DNA of 8,546 nucleotides, from the IMG/VR virus record IMGVR_UViG_2531839200_000005; one strand, 5' to 3'. Below the pieces are notes generated by a model. That model made no database searches. It was not told the origin of the DNA and saw only the letters and a program-made list of their open reading frames with translations. Of the stretch, positions 1 through 8,546 are shown piece by piece. Positions within the stretch are counted from its first letter, which is position 1; each line of letters opens with the position of its first letter. The position numbers and the translations under genes were made by a program. This DNA comes from a virus (lineage: Duplodnaviria > Heunggongvirae > Uroviricota > Caudoviricetes).

Positions 1-283
1 CAACAGGGAGTACTGGCGACTCGTATGACAACGCGATGGCTGAGAGCATCAATGGTCTTTACAAAGCGGAGGTAATACACCGTAAGAGCTGGAAAAACCG
101 GACAGAAGTGGAACTGGCCACACTAACGTGGGTGGACTGGTATAACAATCGACGATTGCTGGAAAGGCTGGGCCATATTCCTCCGGCAGAAGCAGAAAAA
201 GCTTATTATGCTTCCATCGGAAATAATGATCTGGCAGCCTGAGTTCACAGATAAAATACTCTCCAGGAAACCCGGGGCGGTTC
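1..283 (+). mobile_element. Right (3') end of an IS3-family insertion sequence (IS629/IS3411-like), left part outside the window
   Basis: The sequence ends ...TCTCCAGGAAACCCGGGGCGGTTCA at 283, with the family-typical terminal 5'-CA-3'. Its reverse complement, TGAACCGCCCCGGG..., resembles the terminal inverted repeat I recall for IS629-group elements. The encoded protein fragment is a typical IS3-family transposase C-terminus. Lambda-like right-arm sequence resumes at about 284. The exact IS identity is from memory and not verified. Confidence 0.75.
3..242 (+). CDS. IS3-family DDE transposase (OrfB), C-terminal fragment; 5' end truncated by window edge
   Basis: Reading frame 3 from position 3 gives TGSTGDSYDNAMAESINGLYKAEVIHRKSWKNRTEVELATLTWVDWYNNRRLLERLGHIPPAEAEKAYY..., stop TGA at 240-242. 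The DSYDNA motif carries the catalytic glutamate of retroviral-integrase-like DDE transposases. The ORF track lists only the part from the internal Met at 36. Confidence 0.8.
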   Translation, partial: TGSTGDSYDNAMAESINGLYKAEVIHRKSWKNRTEVELATLTWVDWYNNRRLLERLGHIPPAEAEKAYYASIGNNDLAA

Positions 284-440
284 AATTCAGTGTCGCTGAT
301 TTGTATTGTCTGAAGTTGTTTTTACGTTAAGTTGATGCAGATCAATTAATACGATACCTGCGTCATAATTAATTATTTGACGTGGTTTGATGGCGTAGAT
401 GCACGTTGTGACATGTAGATGATAATTATTATCATTTTGC

Positions 441-447
441 GGGTCCT
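441..447 (+). other. cosQ-like element (approximate position)
   Basis: GGGTCCT lies about 24-30 bp upstream of the cohesive-end sequence, matching my recollection of where cosQ sits near the lambda right end. Exact boundaries are uncertain. Confidence 0.4.
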
Positions 448-470
448 TTCCGGCGATCCGACAGGTTACG

Positions 471-482
471 GGGCGGCGACCT
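471..482 (+). other. cosN: 12-nt cohesive-end sequence GGGCGGCGACCT (terminase nicking site)
   Basis: Exact match to the lambda 12-nt cohesive end. It is preceded by ...GATCCGACAGGTTACG (lambda right-end sequence) and followed by CTCGCGGGTTTTCGCTATTTATGAAAATTTTCCGG (lambda left-end sequence). Confidence 0.9.
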
Positions 483-522
483 CGCGGGTTTTCGCTATTT
501 ATGAAAATTTTCCGGTTTAAGG

Positions 523-638
523 CGTTTCCGTTCTTCTTCGCCGTAACCTAATGTTTTTATTTAAAACACCCCCTGAAAAGAAAGGAAACGACAGGTGCTG
601 AAAACGGGCTTTTTGGCCTCTGTCGTTTCCTTTCTCTG
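523..638 (+). other. cosB: terminase small-subunit binding region (R3, AT-rich IHF-type segment, R2, R1)
   Basis: R3-like CGTTTCCGTTCTTCTTCG is at 523-540 (+). An AT-rich segment at 541-579 is in the position of the lambda IHF site I1. R2-like GAAAGGAAACGACAG is at 580-594 (inverted orientation). R1-like TGTCGTTTCCTTTCTCTG is at 621-638 (+). All lie between cosN and the nu1 start, as in lambda. Confidence 0.75.
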
Positions 639-659
639 TTTTTGTCCGTGGAATGAACA

Positions 660-1179
660 ATGGAAGTCAACAAAAAGCAGCTGGCTGACATTTTCGGTGC
701 GAGTATCCGTACCATTCAGAACTGGCAGGAACAGGGAATGCCCGTTCTGCGAGGCGGTGGCAAGGGTAATGAGGTGCTTTATGACTCTGCCGCCGTCATA
801 AAATGGTATGCCGAAAGGGATGCTGAAATTGAGAACGAAAAGCTGCGCCGGGAAGTTGAAGAACTGCGGCAGGCCAGCGAGACAGATCTCCAGCCAGGGA
901 CTATTGAGTACGAACGCCATCGACTTACGCGTGCGCAGGCCGACGCACAGGAGCTGAAAAATGCCAGAGACTCCGCTGAAGTGGTGGAAACCGCATTCTG
1001 TACTTTCGTGCTGTCGCGGATCGCAGGTGAAATTGCCAGTATTCTCGACGGGATCCCCCTGTCGGTGCAGCGGCGTTTTCCGGAACTGGAAAACCGACAT
1101 GTTGATTTCCTGAAACGGGATATCATCAAAGCCATGAACAAAGCAGCCGCGCTGGATGAACTGATACCGGGGTTGCTGA

Positions 1180-1205
<26 letters not shown>
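660..1205 (+). CDS. nu1: Terminase small subunit (gpNu1)
   Basis: 181-aa ORF, MEVNKKQLADIFGASIRTIQNWQEQGMPVLRGGGKGNEVLYD..., which I recognise as lambda Nu1. The N-terminal winged helix-turn-helix region is the cosB-binding domain. Same length and position relative to cos as in lambda. Confidence 0.95.
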
Positions 1206-4886
<3,681 letters not shown>

Positions 4887-4906
<20 letters not shown>

Positions 4907-6206
4907 TCTCCCGCATATTGCCAGCATGGCTTTTAATGAGCCGCTGATGCTTGAACCCGCCTATGCGCGGGTTTTCTTTTGTGCGCTTGCAGGCCAGCTT
5001 GGGATCAGCCGCCTGACGGATGCAGTATCCGGCGACAGCCTGACTGCCGGAGAGGCACCCGCGGCGCTGGCGTTATCCGGTGATGATGACGGACCACGAC
5101 AGGCCCGGAGTTATCAGGTCATGAACGGCATCGCCGTGCTGCCGGTGTCCGGTACGCTGGTCAGCCGGACGCGGGCGCTGCAGCCGTATTCGGGGATGAC
5201 CGGTTACAACGGCATTATCGCCCGTCTGCAACAGGCTGCCAGCGACCCGATGGTGGACGGCATTCTGCTCGATATGGACACACCGGGCGGAATGGTGGCG
5301 GGAGCATTTGACTGTGCTGACATCATCGCCCGTGTGCGTGACATAAAACCGGTATGGGCGCTGGCCAACGACATGAACTGCAGTGCAGGTCAGCTGCTTG
5401 CCAGCGCCGCCTCCCGGCGTCTGGTCACGCAGACCGCCCGGACAGGCTCCATCGGCGTCATGATGGCTCACAGTAATTACGGTGCTGCCCTGGAGAAACA
5501 GGGCGTGGAAATCACGCTGATTTACAGCGGCAGCCATAAGGTGGATGGCAACCCCTACAGCCATCTACCGGGTGATGTCCGGGAAACACTGCAGTCCCGG
5601 ATGGATGCAACCCGCCGGATGTTTGCGCAGAAGGTGTCGGCATATACCGGCCTGTCCGTGCAGGCTGTGCTGGATACCGAGGCTGCAGTGTACAGCGGTC
5701 AGGAGGCCATTGATGCCGGACTGGCTGATGAACTTGTCAACAGCACCGATGCGATCACCGTTATGCGTGATGCACTGGATGCACGTAAATCCCGTCTCTC
5801 AGGAGGGCGAATGACCAAAGAGACTCAATCAACAACTGTTTCAGCCACTGCTTCGCAGGCTGACGTTACTGGCGTGGTGCCAGCGATGGAGGGCGAAAAC
5901 GCCAGCGCGGCGCAGCCGGACGTGAACGCGCAGATCACCGCTGCGGTTGCGGCAGAAAACAGCCGCATTATGGGGATCCTCAACTGTGAGGAGGCTCACG
6001 GACGCGAAGAACAGGCCCGCGTGCTGGCAGAAACCCCCGGTATGACCGTGGAAACGGCCCGCCGCATTCTGGCCGCAGCACCACAGAGTGCACAGGCGCG
6101 CAGTGATACTGCGCTGGATCGTCTGATGCAGGGGGCACCGGCACCGCTGGCTGCAGGTAACCCGGCATCTGATGCCGTTAACGATTTGCTGAACACACCA
6201 GTGTAA
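4887..6206 (+). CDS. C: Head maturation protease / scaffold fusion gpC (S49 ClpP/SppA-like serine protease N-terminal domain)
   Basis: GTG at 4887 lies just downstream of a GAGGAGGAG Shine-Dalgarno run (4875-4883) and gives MTAELRNLPHIASMAFNEPLMLEPAYARVFF..., 439 aa as in lambda C. The ORF-track start at 4752 is an in-frame upstream Met inside B and is probably not used. Overlaps the B 3' end by 20 nt. Confidence 0.9.
5601..6206 (+). CDS. nu3: Scaffolding protein gpNu3, translated from an in-frame internal start within C
   Basis: ATG at 5601 is 714 nt into the C frame, the same offset as lambda nu3 within C. It encodes MDATRRMFAQKVSAYTGLSVQ... (201 aa) and shares the C stop codon. Confidence 0.8.
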   Translation: MDATRRMFAQKVSAYTGLSVQAVLDTEAAVYSGQEAIDAGLADELVNSTDAITVMRDALDARKSRLSGGRMTKETQSTTVSATASQADVTGVVPAMEGENASAAQPDVNAQITAAVAAENSRIMGILNCEEAHGREEQARVLAETPGMTVETARRILAAAPQSAQARSDTALDRLMQGAPAPLAAGNPASDAVNDLLNTPV

Positions 6207-6210
6207 GGGA
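6205..6210 (+). promoter_or_regulatory. Shine-Dalgarno for D
   Basis: AAGGGA sits 5 nt upstream of ATG 6216. Confidence 0.5.
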
Positions 6211-6215
6211 TGTTT

Positions 6216-6548
6216 ATGACGAGCAAAGAAACCTTTACCCATTACCAGCCGCTGGGCAACAGTGACCCGGCTCATACCGCAACCGCGCCCGGCGGATTGA
6301 GTGCGAAAGCGTCTGCAATGACCCCGCTGATGCTGGACACCGCCACCCGTAAGCTGGTTGCGTGGGATGGCACCACCGACGGTGCTGCCGTTGGCATTCT
6401 TGCGGTTGCTGCTGACCAGACCAGCACCACGCTGACGTTCTACAAGTCCGGCACGTTCCGTTATGAGGATGTGCTCTGGCCGGAGGCTGCCAGCGACGAG
6501 ACGAAAAAACGGACCGTGTTTGCCGGAACGGCAATCAGCATCGTTTAA
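6216..6548 (+). CDS. D: Head decoration protein gpD
   Basis: 110-aa ORF from ATG 6216, [27 protein letters not shown]...AISIV. An AAGGGA Shine-Dalgarno at 6205-6210 favours ATG 6216 over the upstream in-frame ATG 6210. Confidence 0.93.
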   Translation: MTSKETFTHYQPLGNSDPAHTATAPGGLSAKASAMTPLMLDTATRKLVAWDGTTDGAAVGILAVAADQTSTTLTFYKSGTFRYEDVLWPEAASDETKKRTVFAGTAISIV

Positions 6549-6565
6549 CCTTACCCTTCATCACT

Positions 6566-6590
6566 AAAGGCCGCCTGTGCGGCTTTTTTT
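6566..6590 (+). terminator. Intrinsic-terminator-like hairpin with U-tract in the D-E intergenic region
   Basis: AAAGGCCGC-CTGT-GCGGCTTTTTTT: 5 G:C pairs extendable by A:U pairs, a 4-nt loop, then 7 T (6584-6590) and a second T7 run at 6597-6603 immediately before the E start codon. Confidence 0.5.
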
Positions 6591-6603
6591 ACGGGATTTT
6601 TTT

Positions 6604-7629
6604 ATGTCGATGTACACAACCGCCCAGCTGCTGGCGGCAAATGAGCAGAAATTTAAGTTTGATCCGCTGTTTCTGCGTCTCTTTTTCCGTGAGAGCTATC
6701 CCTTCACCACGGAGAAAGTCTATCTCTCACAAATTCCGGGACTGGTAAACATGGCGCTGTACGTTTCGCCGATTGTTTCCGGTGAGGTTATCCGTTCCCG
6801 TGGCGGCTCCACCTCTGAATTTACGCCGGGATATGTCAAGCCGAAGCATGAGGTGAATCCGCAGATGACCCTGCGTCGCCTGCCGGATGAAGATCCGCAG
6901 AATCTGGCGGACCCGGCTTACCGCCGCCGTCGCATCATCATGCAGAACATGCGTGACGAAGAGCTGGCCATTGCCCAGGTCGAAGAGATGCAGGCAGTTT
7001 CTGCCGTGCTTAAGGGCAAATACACCATGACCGGTGAAGCCTTTGATCCGGTTGAGGTGGATATGGGCCGCAGTGCGGCAAACAACATCACACAGTCCGG
7101 TGGCACGGAGTGGAGCAAGCGTGACAAGTCCACGTATGACCCGACCGACGATATCGAAGCCTACGCGCTGAACGCCAGCGGCGTGGTGAATATCATCGTG
7201 TTTGATCCGAAAGGCTGGGCGCTGTTCCGTTCCTTCAAAGCCGTCAGGGATAAGCTGGATACCCGTCGCGGCTCTCATTCCGAGCTGGAGACAGCGGTAA
7301 AAGACCTGGGCAAAGCGGTGTCTTATAAGGGAATGTATGGCGATGTGGCCATCGTCGTGTATTCCGGACAGTACGTGGAAAACGGCGTCAAAAAGAACTT
7401 CCTGCCGGACAACACGATGGTGCTGGGGAACACTCAGGCACGCGGTCTGCGTACCTATGGCTGTATTCAGGATGCGGACGCACAGCGCGAAGGCATTAAC
7501 GCCTCTGCCCGTTACCCGAAAAACTGGGTGACTACCGGCGATCCGGCGCGAGAGTTCACCATGATTCAGTCAGCACCGCTGATGCTGCTGGCTGACCCTG
7601 ATGAGTTCGTGTCTGTACAACTGGCGTAA
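6604..7629 (+). CDS. E: Major capsid protein gpE (HK97-fold)
   Basis: 341-aa ORF from ATG 6604, MSMYTTAQLLAANEQKFKFDPLFLRLFFRESYPFTTEKVYLSQIPGLVNMALYVSPIVSGE.... The ORF-track start at 6577 lies inside the upstream hairpin and is rejected. Confidence 0.95.
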   Translation: MSMYTTAQLLAANEQKFKFDPLFLRLFFRESYPFTTEKVYLSQIPGLVNMALYVSPIVSGEVIRSRGGSTSEFTPGYVKPKHEVNPQMTLRRLPDEDPQNLADPAYRRRRIIMQNMRDEELAIAQVEEMQAVSAVLKGKYTMTGEAFDPVEVDMGRSAANNITQSGGTEWSKRDKSTYDPTDDIEAYALNASGVVNIIVFDPKGWALFRSFKAVRDKLDTRRGSHSELETAVKDLGKAVSYKGMYGDVAIVVYSGQYVENGVKKNFLPDNTMVLGNTQARGLRTYGCIQDADAQREGINASARYPKNWVTTGDPAREFTMIQSAPLMLLADPDEFVSVQLA

Positions 7630-7631
7630 TC

Positions 7632-7649
7632 ATGGCCCTTCGGGGCCAT
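7632..7649 (+). other. Stem-loop with UUCG tetraloop in the E-FI intergenic region (possible attenuator or mRNA stability element)
   Basis: ATGGCCC-TTCG-GGGCCAT: perfect 7-bp stem, UUCG loop, starting 3 nt after the E stop codon and followed by the U-rich TGTTTCTCTGT. Confidence 0.4.
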
Positions 7650-7670
7650 TGTTTCTCTGTGGATGAGTCC

Positions 7671-8069
7671 ATGACGAAAGATGAACTGATTGCCCGTCTC
7701 CGCTCGCTGGGTGAACAACTGAACCGTGATGTCAGCCTGACGGGGACGAAAGAAGAACTGGCGCTCCGTGTGGCAGAGCTGGAAGAGGAGCTTGATGACA
7801 CGGATGAAACTGCCGGTCAGGACACCCCTCTCAGCCGGGAAAATGTGCTGACCGGACATGAAAATGAGGTGGGATCAGCGCAGCCGGATACCGTGATTCT
7901 GGATACGTCTGAACTGGTCACGGTCGTGGCACTGGTGAAGCTGCATACTGATGCACTTCACGTCACGCGGGATGAACCTGTGGCATTTGTGCTGCCGGGA
8001 ACGGCGTTTCGTGTCTCTGCCGGTGTGGCAGCCGAAATGACAGAGCGCGGCCTGGCCAGAATGCAATAA
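7671..8069 (+). CDS. FI: gpFI (DNA-packaging accessory / head assembly protein)
   Basis: 132-aa ORF from ATG 7671, MTKDELIARLRSLGEQLNRDVSLTGTKEELALRVAELEEELDDTDE.... The ORF-track start at 7632 would begin inside the E-FI hairpin. Size matches lambda FI. Confidence 0.9.
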   Translation: MTKDELIARLRSLGEQLNRDVSLTGTKEELALRVAELEEELDDTDETAGQDTPLSRENVLTGHENEVGSAQPDTVILDTSELVTVVALVKLHTDALHVTRDEPVAFVLPGTAFRVSAGVAAEMTERGLARMQ

Positions 8070-8080
8070 CGGGAGGCGCT

Positions 8081-8434
8081 GTGGCTGATTTCGATAACCT
8101 GTTCGATGCTGCCATTGCCCGCGCCGATGAAACGATACGCGGGTACATGGGAACGTCAGCCACCATGACATCCGGTGAGCAGTCCGGCGCAGTAATACGT
8201 GGTGTTTTTGATGACCCTGAAAATATCAGCTATGCCGGACAGGGCGTGCGCGTTGAAGGCTCCAGCCCGTCCCTGTTTGTCCGGACTGATGATGTGCGGC
8301 AACTGCGGCGTGGAGACACGCTGACCATCGGTGAGGAAAACTTCTGGATAGACCGGATTTCGCCGGATGATGGCGGAAGCTGTCATCTCTGGCTTGGGCG
8401 TGGCGTGCCGCCTGCCGTTAACCGTCGCCGCTGA
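8081..8434 (+). CDS. FII: Head-tail connector protein gpFII
   Basis: 117-aa ORF with GTG start at 8081, preceded by GGGAGG (8071-8076). MADFDNLFDAAIARADETIRGYMGTSATMTSGEQ... I recognise as lambda FII. Confidence 0.92.
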   Translation: MADFDNLFDAAIARADETIRGYMGTSATMTSGEQSGAVIRGVFDDPENISYAGQGVRVEGSSPSLFVRTDDVRQLRRGDTLTIGEENFWIDRISPDDGGSCHLWLGRGVPPAVNRRR

Positions 8435-8445
8435 AAGGGGGATGT

Positions 8446-8546
8446 ATGGCCATACAGGGTCTTGAGCAGGCCGTTGAAAACCTCAGCCGTATCAGCAAAA
8501 CGGCGGTGCCCGGTGCGTCAGCAATGGCCATTAACCGCGTTGCTTC
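8446..8546 (+). CDS. Z: Tail assembly protein gpZ, N-terminal fragment (3' end beyond window)
   Basis: ATG at 8446, preceded by AAAGGGGGA (8435-8443), gives MAIQGLEQAVENLSRISKTAVPGASAMAINRVA, matching the lambda Z N-terminus. It is absent from the ORF track because no stop falls within the window. Confidence 0.85.
   Translation, partial: MAIQGLEQAVENLSRISKTAVPGASAMAINRVA

Noticed and set aside
36-242. 68-aa ORF listed as a stand-alone gene
   Set aside because: It is not independent. The frame is open back to position 3 and the sequence is the C-terminus of an IS3-family transposase cut by the window edge.
377-435. Promoter-like hexamers (TTGACG at 377-382, TTGTGA at 406-411, GATAAT/TATTAT at 421-432) between the IS end and cos
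   Set aside because: No pair has the 16-18 bp spacing of a sigma70 promoter. The region is AT-rich phage right-end sequence, where such hexamers occur by chance.
595-801. 68-aa plus-strand ORF starting inside cosB and overlapping the nu1 start
   Set aside because: It is out of frame with nu1 and begins within the R2/R1 repeat. The nu1 ORF in the adjacent frame is the recognisable gene.
561-1141. Minus-strand ORFs (179 aa at 561..1100 and 120 aa at 779..1141) overlapping cosB and nu1
   Set aside because: They are antisense to nu1 and run across cosB, and there is no supporting signal. Treated as artefacts.
6577-6603. Upstream ATG (6577) as the start of E, and ATG 6210 as the start of D
   Set aside because: 6577 sits inside the D-E hairpin stem. 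ATG 6604 and ATG 6216 match the known lambda N-termini, and 6216 has better Shine-Dalgarno spacing.
6727-7278. 183-aa minus-strand ORF inside gene E
   Set aside because: Antisense to the major capsid gene, with no independent evidence.

Overview
This window is the packaging and head-morphogenesis module of a lambdoid (phage lambda-like) prophage, preceded by the 3' end of an IS3-family insertion sequence. I did not find a novel system here. From memory of the lambda genome (no database search was run), the order, spacing and lengths match lambda's left arm: cos (cosQ-cosN-cosB), then nu1, A, W, B, C with nested nu3, D, E, FI, FII and the start of Z, all on the + strand. All ten complete ORFs are full length with no frameshifts or premature stops. 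The most unusual feature is the IS end (1..283, IS629/IS3411-like) sitting about 190 bp upstream of cosN, co-oriented with the late operon. Other points worth a second look are two intergenic hairpins (D-E and E-FI), the R2/R1 inverted repeat in cosB, and the chain of overlapping start/stop junctions. Long antisense ORFs inside A, nu1 and E are treated as artefacts.
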